The position numbers were made by a program, and so were the translations under genes. Source: Spirogloea muscicola (lineage: Eukaryota). Taken from it: a DNA stretch of 64,000 nt. The notes beneath the pieces were generated by a model. The model was not told the origin of the DNA, did not search any database, and saw only the letters and a program-made list of their open reading frames with translations. Shown here in pieces: positions 38,380 to 52,150 of this stretch. The stretch spans positions 373,427 through 437,426 of the forward strand of contig WELB01000016.1 in the NCBI GenBank assembly GCA_009602725.1. Direction: 5' to 3'. The first letter of the stretch is position 1. The number at the start of each line of letters is the position of its first letter.

Positions 38380-40203
38380 GGGTAATTGTGCAACCTCTCT
38401 GCACCACATAGGGCACAACTGGTCGCACCATATGGTGCTTCGATGATAGAATGTGTAAGGCCATTAATGAGAGGAACAGGTGCCAGAAGGCAAGGAAGAA
38501 CCTCAGCAAAACTGTAGCAGCAGCTATGGTTCATATTTCGGATCCCTGCATTTGGATATGCCTGCATCTGTCACTACCTGGTGGAAGCAGTGTATGTATA
38601 TGTATAAGTATTGTGCTTCCAATCTTCTGTAGCATTGAAACATTTGGGAAATCACGAAGTGCAGCTTGCTACAATGGGGACTGAAGATGGCAGCAGTTTA
38701 TGGCAGAAACAGTACTGGAAATTTAGCTGTTCCAAATAAGTGCAATGGTTGTATGCGTGATCTGTGTGGCTGTGACTGCATAGCTGGGGTCCCTTGAAGG
38801 GCTCTCCAAGTCGCTTTGTTGCCTCCTGCCAGGCATGCCACAAGTATGCAGAAGTGGTGTCTACAACCTCCTGTTGGCGGAAACCGCTTAATTGCCTGTG
38901 GAGGAGTCACCGTTCCTTGTCAGCAGCTTGTCAAGCTGTGAAGCTGTGCATGCCGTGTGCCAATGATGCTCGACCCTGCCTGAGTTTAGGCCCTCCTTAG
39001 GCTTGGGCGCCCCAGTTTGCCAATATGGGCAATATCAGTGGCATGGATTATTGTAGCAGTGTTATGTATGTTGTGGCTATGATAGCAGTCCCGTGGGGAG
39101 TTTGCAAGTGCCATCGACTTAGCCGAGGAGCTCATCATTACTATATAGCCTGCTAGTAGGTACAATCAGTATCGAACTACATACATCAAACAGCAGCTGG
39201 CAACGCACCAGTGCATAACTGCAGCATCTGCTGTGGCAGTGGTGAGTGCCACATTGAGAGACTTCCATAAGCAGGCAATGTGCCAGCACCCGCGCTGACT
39301 TGATCAAGTGGTTGGCTGGGCTCGCCTTATCCATGAGCATCAGGAGCCTGCAGCTCCATCCTGATGTGCCATTTGGCGTTCACTATCGATCAGTGTGGCT
39401 GCCTTGTCCTGGCTGCTCAAGGATCACGCGCGTCAGCTAGCAGACGATGGAGATGCTGCAGGTTGGCATTGCATGCTTAATGTGCTCGAGAACAATAAAG
39501 AAATATCTGACAACACCTATCAGCGCAGCTAGCCCTTGTGTTGGGAGACGTATTCTGCAAGTCAAGTTTAAGTTCATCATGATGTTGTCATCACGAGGGA
39601 GTCCAATGATTGCATGGTAAGACTTACCCAGATACACTTCTCCGAAGCTGTCAGCTAAGCCCTGCTGATGTCTTCTCTTGTTGCTACCTGTTATCACTTA
39701 AAAGTTTGGTAAGTCTATAACTGTTGAGCAACTTTTGCAAAGCACACTGATTAGTTCCTCATAGATCTAGTCACAACGTGCATCTGAAGCAACTTGGAGG
39801 AAACTTCTCGAGGGCTATCGGCTTAGCAGAATTGCCCAGTAGCTTAAGAATCCTCCTACGCCCCAAGTTGACTGCTAGACCAAGGTGCTGGCCTGTCTGA
39901 TGCTAAAGAGGAGCAAGAGAAGATCACAAACCATCATGTGACGGACGTTCTTGGACGATACGGAGTGGATCAAAAGTCTGCTGTCTGAGATCCACTGCAA
40001 GCTAGGTTTGGGACCAGTAGCAATGCTCACTTGCTCTTAAGGTGGTCCAAGAATGGCCCCATGTCAGTGTAAGAATTTGAGGCACTTCAATGCTGCAGTC
40101 TGCACCAGAATCCGGGAAACGAGAATCTCAGTCTGCTCAAACTGACTGCCTTCCTGACTACTGAGATGCTCCTAAACTGGAGATGTTGATAGTATGCAGC
40201 GAC

Positions 40204-42340
40204 TTAGCACGGACATTGTGAAAGTAGAATAACCTGAATGTGGACCATGCTATTGCAACCTGGCGCATGCTCATGAGCCATATGTGATGCTATTACATTC
40301 ACAGGGACAGGTCCAACGGTGATGGGGAACACCTTGCGTGAATGACCTCCTGATGTTCCTCGCAGCATTTGTAGCCGTTTTTTGTGCACAATCAGCCTAA
40401 TGGAGGCGACGGATTTCTCGTAGTCCCTTGCTGCTCTACTGACGGTTGTACAGAGTGGTAGTCGGGGTGTAACATAGCCATTCGGGCCTGCAACAAATGA
40501 AGCCCTTGATAGGCTTCCTGCAACTCTTGCTGCAGCCATCATGGCAAGAAAGTCACTCAGCTATCTGCAGCATATGCTGTGATTAGCAATCTGACTACTT
40601 GGAGATCTAGCAGCACGCACACGTTTTAGTACATATGAGAAGAGGTGCATAAGATGCCCTCCTGTGCAGGAGTCTCACCTCCAGCCGGTGCACCTGGTCC
40701 TGAAGCAAGGTTATGGTACCGACACAGCCATAGATGGGTTCGTTCACCCTTGCTTGAGCCTCGTAAATCAGGCTGAAAGCCAACAACAGGCCATTGGTTG
40801 AGTACATTGCAGGCAGCAACGTGTCCAGAGCCTGCTCTACGGTCTTTCTCAAGCCGCAGGAGCTGCACGCCCTCGTCGTGATCGACCTACATGCCCCCTG
40901 AAAACCGATGTAGCATACAAAGTCCAAAGGAAGTGGGGGAAAGAGCTACTAGCCAGGATTGTTGGGTATTGACGAAGTTGCACAGTAAGTCGTGCATCAA
41001 CAGCCAACTGCGCACATCGTGAACCAGTTGGAAGGGCAATAGGTCCAGCCACTCCTACGTGGGCCTCTGGTTTCTAGGTTGTTAAGCTAGCCGCCAGAGT
41101 GACTCAAGAATTATCACGCATCTGCGGGCATTGCCCTAGTACTTTGGCAGCCGACATGCTGAAAGACCAGCTTTCTAGCGGGTTCTCATTTACGTTTGTG
41201 ACTGATGCTCAGGCTGCATGCGGCAGATGACGGTACACACGGTGGGCTGAAGGAAAGCAAGCTGCTCTCATTGTCGAGTTCTACAGGCTGCCCAGAAAGC
41301 AGCACAGTTGCCCTGTATGCGAGGAACTGGCAGCTCCCCGACTTAAGCCAGCCTCGCTCCGATGCGAGGTGCTTTCGCCGTCAGAAGCTGCAGTGCATGC
41401 ACTGAGCTGTTGCCAATACTCCGCACATCAGGCCTCGTCAATCAGCTCCGGCATTACCTGCTGCTTCTGAAAGGTACTTTGGGACAGGTGACTGCTCAGC
41501 TCTAGACTAGCGGCGACGGGACACTGTGTGCTCCTCGACACTACATCGATGTTGCCCCTGATGGTGGTCATCACTCGCGACCAGCGAGCTCCGGCGTAGC
41601 AGTCGAGAGGCCAGTAATACTCGGAGGGCCACTGATAGACCAGAGCTGCACATACCAGGGAGCGCTGCTTAGGGAGCCCCTGCGAGGGCTGCCCTCTGCC
41701 AGAGCGCACCTGTTGGCGGTGTCCTCGCGCTGCTCGGGCGGCACGTCCAGCAGCAGCTTGGTGGTGTTGGCGACGCCGAACACCCGGTGGACGTGGGAGA
41801 ACCTCTGCGGCTGGTCCGCCGGGAAGAAGGGCGCGAAGGCGCAGTCCTGCGGGAGCGGGACGACCGGCCGTCTGAGGGTGGCGGTCAAGGCCGTTGTAAC
41901 GGGGAGCTCCCGCGCCAGGAAGGCGAATGCGGCTGACGACCCGAAACGAGCGGCCGTGAAGGCCAGCCAGGTGAATGCAGAGGGCGTCCATGACCACACT
42001 AACGGAGCCACAGGCCAGGCAACCAGGGCGCGCCGGATTCTTCCGTCGAGCGGAGCGCCTCACCAACGTCCACTGTACATAGCTTCGCTACTGATCCAAC
42101 GATAGGTACTTTCCCCCCAGCTGCGGCGGCGTGGGGGATTGGGAAAAGGGGGGGTAAGATCAGATGGAAAGCGGGGGGGTACAGATGGCGGGCTCACGCT
42201 GACGCAGCGGCGGCGCAGGAAGCGGCAGGCGGCGCAGGCGGCGGNTTCCGCGCCGCGCACGGCGGGCCGGGCCCCCGGCGGCGCGGCCGCAACCTCGGCC
42301 GGGCGCCGACCTGGGGGCCTGACGTCCAGCTTGCCATCAT
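40204..42340 (-). CDS. LBD: LOB-domain (LBD, class I-like) transcription factor; both ends uncertain
   Basis: CAACRFLRRRC|DCAFAPFFP..QRFSHVHRVFGVAN..KLL..REDTANS|LIYEAQARVNEPIYGCVGTITLLQDQV..LE, i.e. the C-block, GAS block and leucine zipper. Confidence 0.88.
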
Positions 42341-42365
42341 CAGTTGCTGTACCGGGAACATGGTT

Positions 42366-44590
42366 GCTCTCGGAGTTACTGAGAGTTCGCTTACTGCTGT
42401 CTCAGTCCTTAGCACTCCGACTACTTCAGACCTTGTCCATTCTTTTGGGCTGGCCTCTCCCAGCCACCAGTTAATCTGGCCGCGCTTGCTCGCTCTCGGA
42501 GTTACTCGTCATTGGTCTCTTTGGTCATTGCATCTCTTATCTTTGAGTCTCCGCGCTCCCAGGCACTCGCGATACACCAGCGTGCTGGTCGTGCATTAGC
42601 CCAGGCTAATGTCTTTCGTGGTGGTGGTGTGGCGCCTCAGTTTAGCATGTCAAATATGCATTTGTGCTCACTCGGGGATATTAGTGTCCCCCTTAACAAG
42701 CTCATTACCCAATTAACAGGACATTTGTAAGTCTAGAATTGGCCTCCCTTTCAATTTCATGCGCACCGCGCGCCTTCCTCCTTTGCACTGACGGGAGAGC
42801 TTGCGAGAGAAGGCATGCATTAAAGCGTGGCCAATTCAAGTAAATACATTGTTTAGACCAAAACCCAGTGGATGTGTAGGAATACTAGACAAGGTCTAAA
42901 GAAAAAGTGCGCGCCCATAGAGAAGAGGGGTTGGCAAAGCCAGCCCAAAAATGAATGGACAATGTCCAAAGCCAAAGAAAGAGGAGCCGGAGAAAGAGAA
43001 AAGCGCGCCCATAGAAAAGAGGGGCTGGCCAAGCCAGCCCTAAAAAGTATGGACAATGTCCAAAGCCAAAGCAAGAGGAGCCGGAGAAAGGACTACACTA
43101 CAAAACACTGCAGAACACAGAAACGATGCAGAGGGAAGCTCAGTACCCACAAGTGAGCAGGGGCCGGAAGGCGCCAAAACCACACAGCTATGCAACAGAG
43201 TGAAACAGAGAGAACTACAGCTGCAGCCTCTGGCCTTGGCCAGGGGACCCGCTACTCGGAGACCAGTTTCTCCGGCCTGCGGCTGCTCCACAGGGGTCAC
43301 TGATTGTTTGTAGCTACTTTGATTCCCTGTGTGCTTTAGCCCTTTCCCTAGCCCTTTCCTCTTTCGAACTGGCCTCTCACAGCCACCGCCCTCTCCTGAA
43401 GCGTCCTTCTTCTTCGAATGACAGAGAACAGGCTGGCCTTTCACAGCCACTGCCTTTGATTGGAAGAGCTGTTGCCTTGAGAGAGTGGTCCTCCCAGTAG
43501 GTAGCGATGGCTGTGAATGGACAGCCCAAAAAAGGAAGGAAAAGGCTCGCCCATAGAAAACGAGGGGCTAGCAAAGCCAGCCCAGAAAAGAATAGTTAAT
43601 GTCCGCAGGCCTCAAGGGCCACAAAACAGTGCCCGGAAAGACAAAACTACACACCAAGACACGAAATGATGCAGATGGATGCTCAGTAGCCACGAGTGAG
43701 CAACAGAAAATCAGATTAAGCAGGAAAAGCGGCACTCTGCCGAGACCCTGAGGCAGCAGCCATAGCGCGGCCAGCGCACGTGTGGAACGCATGAGCCAAA
43801 AAGCGCTGGAGCGAGACCGCCAGCCCCATTCAAAATTCCTGAGCAAGGGCGCCGGCAGCATTGAAGCCGGGCGAACCTGGCCGCCGATCGATGGCCTGCC
43901 GGGCAAGCCGCTGGAGGGAGGAGGAGGAGCCCAAGAACGGAGACGCTCTTCTACTTGGGGGCCTCTCACAGCCAGAAAGAAACAGCTCACGAATGGACAA
44001 GGTCCGAACCTGGAGTGAAACGGCAGCTTTTGTCTCAGAAGGTATCATACGTGCCTAGTGGATACCAGACAGACCGGCAAAATTGCTCAGGTGGAGGAGC
44101 TCTCTACATCTTGAATCTGAAAAGACAGCTTGGCCCCCAAACTCGTGAATCCGACAGAGGGTGCGCCGCTGCGCCCGGGCGCCCAATCCTGGTGAGAGTC
44201 CCCTTGCTGCTGTGTTAGTACATAGCACTCCGGCTCCATTAGACCTTGTCCATTCCTTTGGGCTGTCCTCTCACAGCCACCAGTCAATCTGGCCGCGCTT
44301 TCTTTCAAATCCCGGCCTCGCCCGCATGCCGCTGCGCCAGACCTGCGTGGTTTGCACTTCCCGGACCCTCCAGCTGTTGTAAGATACCGATTTGGGCTGG
44401 CCTTTCACGGCCATCGCCCACTTCGAAATAGCTCCTCCGTTCTCAGCCCTCTTAGTCAAGGGCCAAAACTTCGCTTTGTGTAACCTAAATTCCAAATTTG
44501 GGTTCTATGCCAAAATCTTTGCTGAACAGTGTAGTGGCTCTACTTGGCCTCCCTTTCAGATCATTTGCACCGCGCGCCTTCTCTCTTTTG
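42366..44590. mobile_element. CRE-like fragment cluster upstream of LBD
   Basis: C-type insert with a 15-bp TSD (42366-42506), F-type end (42545-42785), tandem D-type UTRs (42900-43170) and ORF end SDFLLLTRGY* (about 43683-43930, minus). Confidence 0.85.
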
Positions 44591-45041
44591 TTGCTGGTGG
44601 CCAGGAGGCCGGTTCGAGGTGGGCATCCGAGCCAAAGGCTCAATGGAGCCACATCATCGTGCAACTTGCCGGAAGCGCACCGGATGGCTAAGAGTGAGCT
44701 GCTCGCAGCAGCAACCCTCGGCTAACAAAATTTCACTTCCTTTTCTGCTCAACAACGCCATCCCTTGGGCATAATCAGGCAGCAAAAGGAAGACAAACGC
44801 AATAATTAACGGCGCAGCAGACAGTGCCGGGCTGGCCGACTGCACGGGTTGCGATCAAGTTGCATCCAGTCTCTGTATCAATTAACCAAGCTTGCGGATC
44901 CAAAAAAGGTCCACAAGAGGAATGAGGAGCAACAGATGCCAACAATGGCTGATGCTCGGCGAATGACTGGGGTATGCCTCTGCCAGAGAACCACCAGCTA
45001 CTTGTACAGTGTGTGGACCCCAAAGCGTTGTGATCGAGACT

Positions 45042-48000
45042 TCAGGCAAAAACCGGCTCGGCTACAGGCTGTAGCTTTGCCACTGGGCGTGGCTTTGTCT
45101 GAGCGGCCTCCTTGAAGCTGATGACACAATCATAAAGGCGACCTTCAAGAAATGTGGCAACCTCTTGGTGCTTGATCTGAACAGCATGATACAGATCTCA
45201 AATGGAGTGGAAGTGAGGCAGGCAACTCGGTGCAAGTTGTAGCAGCATGACCTCCCAATGCCGTCCACGTGGGAAAGGTATCGGAGCTGAGTGGAGCTAA
45301 GGCTGAGCTAAGGTTATGGACTTCGCAGCTTGAGGGGCTAGTTTAACTAAACAGCTAAAGAACTTATTGTCAGGATGGCAACGTGCCAATGCTCGTAGTA
45401 AAGATTGAGAAGCATCATGTGGTGCACCCTACGCTGACTCGTTCATGTACATACCATGCCAAGGTTTAACGAGTCACACTTGAAGGAGGCGTACAAGTTG
45501 GTCTCAATGGATCGCCCCTGATCAAGTCAACAGATACTCAAGGTTAGCAAGACAAGCAGAGTCAGCATCAAAAGACACCAGGAACTTAGGCAGTCACAGT
45601 TGCACGATATCAGAAGCAGTTGTTGCATATAAGCAGCACAATTGTCTTCACATGAAGGTCATTGAATAATACCATGCCCTCCAGCACAATGAGGTCGGCA
45701 TCGTCTGCTACAAATGCTAACTCAGGTGAGATCAACGAGAGATCTATGACCTGCAATTGGACGAGTCCAAAGACAGTCAATTGAATATCTTTGACACACC
45801 AGAGTTTGCCCTGTGTAAGAGCTCGTCTGCTGAAGCAATGGTGATTAAGGGTGTCTTAAAGGCACCAAAGACTACAACGAGGATGAATGATAAGGTCCTT
45901 GACAGCTTACAGGAAGATCATTGCCTGAGCTCACAACAAGGAGTCTTCCTGCATCTAATGCTTCAGACACGTCAATGTCCACCTTCGACTCATCCACCTG
46001 CCACAATCACACAGATCTTCCTCTGGAAGGCTGCAATTGCGGGAATCTAATCATGGCGCCACCACTAAGGGAATATCCAGGGGACCGAAGAGAAGAATGA
46101 TGATGGTGTTTCAGGGCTTCGGCTATCACACCTTTGACAAGACATCAAGAAGCTCGCTGTAGGTAATGTCGTTGAGGGCTGGCACCTCATTGGCAGCAAG
46201 TGCAACCTGGGAGTCCAGCTTGTCAAGGTAAGCAGAGCCCATTATCACCTCAACAGAACAATCTGTAGCTATGTCTTGGCAGGATACTGGCTCTGAACTA
46301 TGGCGCATCGTCAAGTGAACATTGTCAAAGACAAGGAGCAGGTGCCGTGACGATCTGTGTTTGCTGAAATTGTTCCATCTGCTATCAACATACCTGTGTA
46401 CCTCGTCGCAGAAGCTCCCTTGCAAGGGGTAAGATGCCGAGAATCACATCAGCTCCAGCATTGTCAACAAAGATAATGGCCTGCAAACACAACAGCGATG
46501 TCTAAGTTGCAGGCTTGGGTGTATCGCTGGATACTGTGCAGGTCAGCTCAACAGACAGCAAGAGCATAGAGTCAGCTTTGCTGGGTCTACCTTCTTCCAT
46601 GTCTTCGTCACCCAAACCTCTCTGAGTCTGTCAAGATGATCTATAACCCATGGCCGTTCCAGCATCTTATCCAAGGTCGTCAAAAATGACATGCCATCTT
46701 TGTCAAACAGCTCTGTGGACTGGATATGTAGATGAATAGCATCATCAGATAAATCTAGATTGCCTGCATGGGTGCTGAATTGACACCATGGCACTTCTGC
46801 ATAGAGCAGTATGTGTTATCATGGATGAATTTTGCCAGCAGCACACAATACTCTAAGTGCCATATGATTGTCATTCTACTGACTCTATCATAAGCTGTAT
46901 GCTAGAGTACCACCTTAAGAATCTCAGTCACTTGGATCGTGTGCACGAGGCTTCTGCATGGCAGGGCTTATACACCACAAGGCTTTGACGACTCAGAATT
47001 TGAGCAATACGCACTGCTGGAGCTCCAAGGTCAAAGATGTTGCCCGCAAACACGCCGCGAATGAGATGTTCTAAGCGCTGTGAAGGATCTTCAACGGCAT
47101 CGACAAGCTTCAGGATGTCTGGCAACAAGGCAAGGGCCTTGGCGTTCTCTGTCACCTGCACACCTACAAAAGCATCAAGTCCAGCTGAAGTGCAAGCACA
47201 ACAAAGGACTCAGCATCGGAAACTTCTCGAAGCAGTAAGGTAGTGAAACAGGAGGCTCCACAGCAGAGTCAGGACAAGCTTACTTTAACCTTCCGGAAGA
47301 TGTCTTCGAAACCAACCTCTCTGAGAACAAGCTCTCGCAACCTGCATAGGACCTGAATATACACCAACCGGTCGCAAACGTCTCGTCTGGTTAATGAGAG
47401 AAGTGGCAGCACCAGGACTGAGGAGTCAGAATCAGCTTAGTGAATTTGTTGAGATGCAATCTTAGTGAGAGGGAAGCAGGAGGAGGTCAACAGGAATGCT
47501 CTCTAGACAGATGGCCAACACTAGAGTCCCACAATGAGCACCAGTTGAGAGTGCAAGCAACATGGCCAGACTGTTAAGGACTCGCTCCTATATACCGCAA
47601 ATTCCACCTATGAACATTAAGGGTGGGGACCAACAACACGTCAACACAGTGCATTGCATACCACGATGTCTGGGGGGCCACCATTGCTCTCTGGATTGCT
47701 CTCGAGCTCGTCGAGTATTGCAGCATATCTGCGTTATGCACTTGCCTTCACAACCAAGTAAATACACCCCTCCCAGGCCAGACCTCTCTACAGGAAGTGG
47801 CATCTGTACGAAGCAGCAAACTGCACGACGGCTGCTGATTTGCTCTGAATTTCAATGGTGCTCACTGCAATATGGATGCTAGGAGCAGGCGACTTAGCAG
47901 CAGACTGTGAGGCGCCACATTATCCATGACGTCGAAGGCATGGTCTCGATTGAGATGCTCAAAGGCTCCTCGACAGTCGACCAGCTCTCACAGGGTGCAC

Positions 48001-48653
48001 GGCAGGGGAGCCGGAGCTCATTGGCCACCTTCACCTCTCAGCAAATCTGGCTGCGCGGCTCTCGGCGTCCGTCACGCTGTCGTCCGCCGCGGCGCGCTTC
48101 CTGCAGGCCGCACTCGCGCCTGGCAGCATGAGGGCCAAGAGAAACATAACATCGCTTGATCCGAAGTGCATATCGTGAGCTACTCGGCCTGGACGTCCAT
48201 AACGAACATGCAGTCTTGCTCCCGGGACTCGCTCGCAGATTGCCAGGAGCTTCTCTCGTTCATCTAAAGCCACGACGTCTTCGCCAACGAGTGCTGCGAT
48301 GCTCGGCGTGGCAGCATTGCACTGAACGAGCCGCCGCCAGCATTCCCCACGGACTGAGCCATCAAATACGACAAACGCAGCGACATACGACACGGCAGCG
48401 GTGCGCCAGAGGCCATCCGAGACTATCCGAGGCGGATCGGAGCGGCGGGAGCGGCGGACGGCCCCACGGCCGCAGCGGCGGGCGCTCACTGGAAGCTGGG
48501 GATGCTGCGGCGGAAGACGTCCACCCAGGTACGCTCGGCAGGCGTGAGCTCGCCGGGCGCGTCGCCGGGCCCCCGGAACGGCACCGTGCACGGCCGGTAG
48601 CCCGCCGGGTCCGCCAGCAGCGGCAGCGCCACCGGCTGCGACGACGCCTCCAT
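45042..48653 (-). CDS. DUF89 damage-control phosphatase (At2g17340 / PanK4 C-terminal-like); multi-exon
   Basis: [110 protein letters not shown]. Confidence 0.9.
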
Positions 48654-48685
48654 GGCCGCCGCCGCCGCCGCCGCCGCCGCCGCTN

Positions 48686-50622
48686 GGCTCGCCGGCGTGG
48701 TCGTCAAGCCCGCGGCCGCCGTGCGGCTGTCGAGCCGGGAGCCCGCGGCGGGCGACACGCTGGCGGTGCTGGTAGCCGTGCCGCCGCCACGCGGGCCCCT
48801 CGACCACCTCCACCTCGCCATCAGGTGCGCGCGCCTCCGCTCCCAGACCCCTCCCCTCAGCGGCTTCGACAGCACCAGGGTTCGAATCTCCGCTCGCTCT
48901 TGTCCATCTTTCCCGCCCTTGAGAGGTGGACGCCGCTCCTGCCACTTGGGGAAGCTCAAGTAACACTCTCGGCCGTTGTCGCGACGTCCCGCGCCGCTTG
49001 CCTGAGGCGTGCGCGGCGCTGTGGTGGGGCGGGGGGCTGCACGAAGGGCCCAGGCGGCAGCTCGGGCAACCCCTCGTGCGCGTGACCTGCGGCGGCGCCG
49101 ACGTGCCCGCATACCCCACCAAAGGAAACTCCCACCTCTGGCGTGCCCTCGTTCCCACGACGCCGTTGGACAAGCCCGGTGTGCGCAAGCTCGTCGTAAG
49201 CAGCTGCCGCTGCTCGTTGCACTTTGCTTGGCATCCTCATGTGAGTAGGCCAGCTCAACACTTTCTTTGTGACCCATAAGAGTCTTGGTGTGCCTGAGAA
49301 GCTTGATGTCCGTGGTCACAGGTTCGGGTCTCTGACGGTAGGCACCGGGAGTACAGAGGCTCAGTCGATGTCAAGCATCGTAGCTACCCAGTGGAGTCCA
49401 TATGGCTCAGCGCGGCAAAATCCGACAGAAAGGGTGCGTCGGCCTCCCCCTTCAACCCCGCTGAACTGCCATCACGAAAGTATGGAGGTCGACGAGGGCG
49501 CAGGAGAGCATGCTGAACCAGGACAGTGGTGCCTCCTTCCAAATCATCTCGAGCCTGGTTGGCAATTGATGCTCTTACTTAGTTTTCAGGGACTCCCAAG
49601 GAGTGGGAGGCCAAAGATCGGCTGATTGCTACCAGGAGTTTACAGCAACTGTGGTCCTTACCTATGGAGGTTCCTTGCAAGGAGGAGGTGACTACAGGTT
49701 ACGGCCTGCAGCGATATTACAACGGCGTCTTTGCTGAGGGGCAAGTTCTGTGGAAGCCATCCTCCAACAACCCTGCTGGACCGTGGTTCTGCTACATGGG
49801 CCATGTTCTTGCTTCCAGAATTTGCACTACAGCCTGAGCCTCTGAGCATGTGTTGCATGGTCTCCACACTTGTTTCTTCAAACATAGCTCAGACGGGCCG
49901 AAAAGCAATGCAAAGCTTGCTGATGCACAGCACTTTCAGTGGGCTCCATAACAGGTACTATCATAGGGGAGTTGATTATGGTGCATACACTGGCGAACCA
50001 GTGGTAGCCCCTGCAGATGGTACTGTTGAGATGGTTGGCAGAGAATCCGATGGATTCTTGGTCCACGGAAATTGCATTGGGCTTGATCACGGGCACGGCG
50101 TGGTCAGCTTACTCATGCACTTGGATACCGTGCAGTCTGGGTACACATCTGTGACCCACATGGGGGGGTTTGAGGCTGCTTTCTCTTGTAGGAAAGACTT
50201 AACACAATTGCCTGCACATAAAAGCAGCTCTGCACTCTCAAGGAAATTTGCTGGGGCATGTTCCCATGTTCCGTGGTCCTCTATGTGCCTCAAATTGCTT
50301 TCCGTTTGACTGCACAGGCTTGGAGACGTGGTGCGAGCAGGGCAGCAGGTAGCGACGGTCGGGGACACTGGGGTAGCCACTGGGCCACATCTGCACTGGT
50401 GAGCCACTTAATGGCCATGTCCAGCAACTAGTACTGTCTTTCTTAAAACTATTTCTTATGAGCTCGTGAATATGAAAACCGCTGCAGATAGGATGCTTTG
50501 TGAAGTTGCTGCGTTGCGATTGCTGCAACTCTGATATCAATTGTCATTGCAACAGGGGCCTTTACGTTAATGGGGAGTGTGTCGACCCTGCTCAATGGAT
50601 GAAAAGTCAACCTTGGGGGTAG
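48686..50622 (+). CDS. M23-family (LytM) zinc metallopeptidase, cyanobacterial-like; start lost near the N at 48685
   Basis: WRALVPTTPLDKPG; TTGYGLQRYYNGVFAEG|YYHRGVDY (HxxxD); GNCIGLDHGHG; GQQVATVGDTGVATGPHLHW|GLYVNG (HxH); VDPAQW. Confidence 0.9.
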
Positions 50623-51569
50623 GATTGGCTCTTCCGTTCAATTCCAACCTTTCTGTACTCTACGTCAACCAACATTCAATGAAGGTAGTCTGTGTGCCAA
50701 AATATTGAGTGGATATCGAGGGGGAGGAGGGACCTTCTCATGCATGGCACGAGGCTTTCTTTTGCTCTATTGGCACAGGCTGATGCACGCAGCCATGTAC
50801 AAGTATGGTCGTCCCGTGTTGCGTGACACCGCTGGTTGCATACTGCTCGAGCAGTGAGGTACTTGTCGTGGCGGCTGAATACTCATGAGTATCTGGCTTC
50901 TCTTGCACAATCAGATATTTGATCCAAACACCAGCCATGTGCTACCATCAGCAGGTGCTGAGGAGCAGGCAGTGCAACTGGTGGAGTGATACTTGCGGAA
51001 TGTTGTTGACATAGATTGCACTTATTAGGCGTCAAAAGCCAGGAAGAGACCAGCTGTGAAGCTCATGGGCCAGCCTAGCGCCGGCGCAGATGCAGGCTTC
51101 GGTCAAGAAGGGTCTGCTGAAGTTCTCTTGGACCAGGCTCCCGGAGTCCGCGTGTGTTTTCTGCTTGAGCAAATGGATTATTCAAGGGCTTGGGGCTTAG
51201 CTTTGGGGCTCAAGATATGAGCACTTGCAAGTCTTGGGTTTGGAACAGAATGTTGGCAAATGCGTAATACATGTGAAGGGATGGAAAGTGGCGATCGCTC
51301 ATGTACTTTGTCAGTCAAAGGGCGGCGCAGCTCTGCCAAACCTTCTGGTAAATGGTCAGGGTCCACAAGGCCCGTCTGGCGTAATTCCTTCCACCCCACA
51401 GGCAACATGCAGCTCGCCGCAGTACAAGACCGCCCTTGCAACTGTTCGTGATGTCTACAAGAAACGGCTGCTAGAGGAGTGGCAAGGCCCTGGCTTCACG
51501 CCAGTGTCAGTCCTCCGGCATGGCTTGGTCGTAGCTCTAGCTGCACCCAAGCGGGGAAGAAAGCATTCC

Positions 51570-52150
51570 CATAGACATGGCGATGGCTGTGACAATTGAG
51601 CGAGCTCTTCCAAAAAGGGCTGTCAAAAGAAAGTGGCTATCACAAGGGGGCGAGGGCTGTGAACAGCCGGCCCGAAAAGAGCGGACAAGGTCCGAAGGGA
51701 GAGCGCCTTTCAAAGCTTTCTTTGTAGGATAATCGTCAAGTAACCTGTACTTGCGAGCCGCAAGTCAGAAAGACCAGCCGCCGAGAGAAAGAAAGTGGCT
51801 CTCCAAAGTGGGCAAGGGCTGTGAACAGCCAGCCCGAAAAGAACTGATGACAAGGAAGGTAAGGTCGAAAATGTAAGCTCATCTAAAGGCCAGCCCAAAG
51901 AACAAGTGGGCAATGTCCGAAGGGGCCGGAAAGCGGGGCAGCTCAGGTTCCTGGTGGAGAAGAAGTGGCACTCCCAATGGGGGCAAGGGCTGTGAAAAGC
52001 CAGCCCGAAAAAGAATTGATAAATAAGGTTCGAAGGGGCCAAATGATGGAGGGGCCTAAAAAGCGCTAAGCAGCTACTAAGGGGCCTGAAGATGCTATGT
52101 CAGAACGGGGGAGGCTGGACCACTCAGTAGTTACGAGAGAGGAGCCTCCA
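51570..52150 (-). mobile_element. CRE-like 3' end cluster upstream of PME
   Basis: Three to four A-type UTRs and the ORF ends SDLRLASTGY and LLSRNY*. Confidence 0.8.

Noticed and set aside
42431..42490. HDV-like or hammerhead ribozyme, or H/ACA snoRNA, in the repeat module
   Set aside because: GGC-CTCTCCCA-GCC looks superficially like HDV P3/L3, but I could not build P1/P2/P4. There is no CTGANGA/GAAA core and no consistent H or ACA box, and the module lies at the element's 3' end.
48651..48654. Two divergent genes apparently sharing one CATG start
   Set aside because: The N at 48685 hides a gap of unknown size, and the + strand poly-Ala is just the (GGC)n leader of the minus-strand DUF89 gene.
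50700..51570. Possible extra gene between M23 and PME
   Set aside because: Only short ORFs with no recognisable motif or coherent exon chain.
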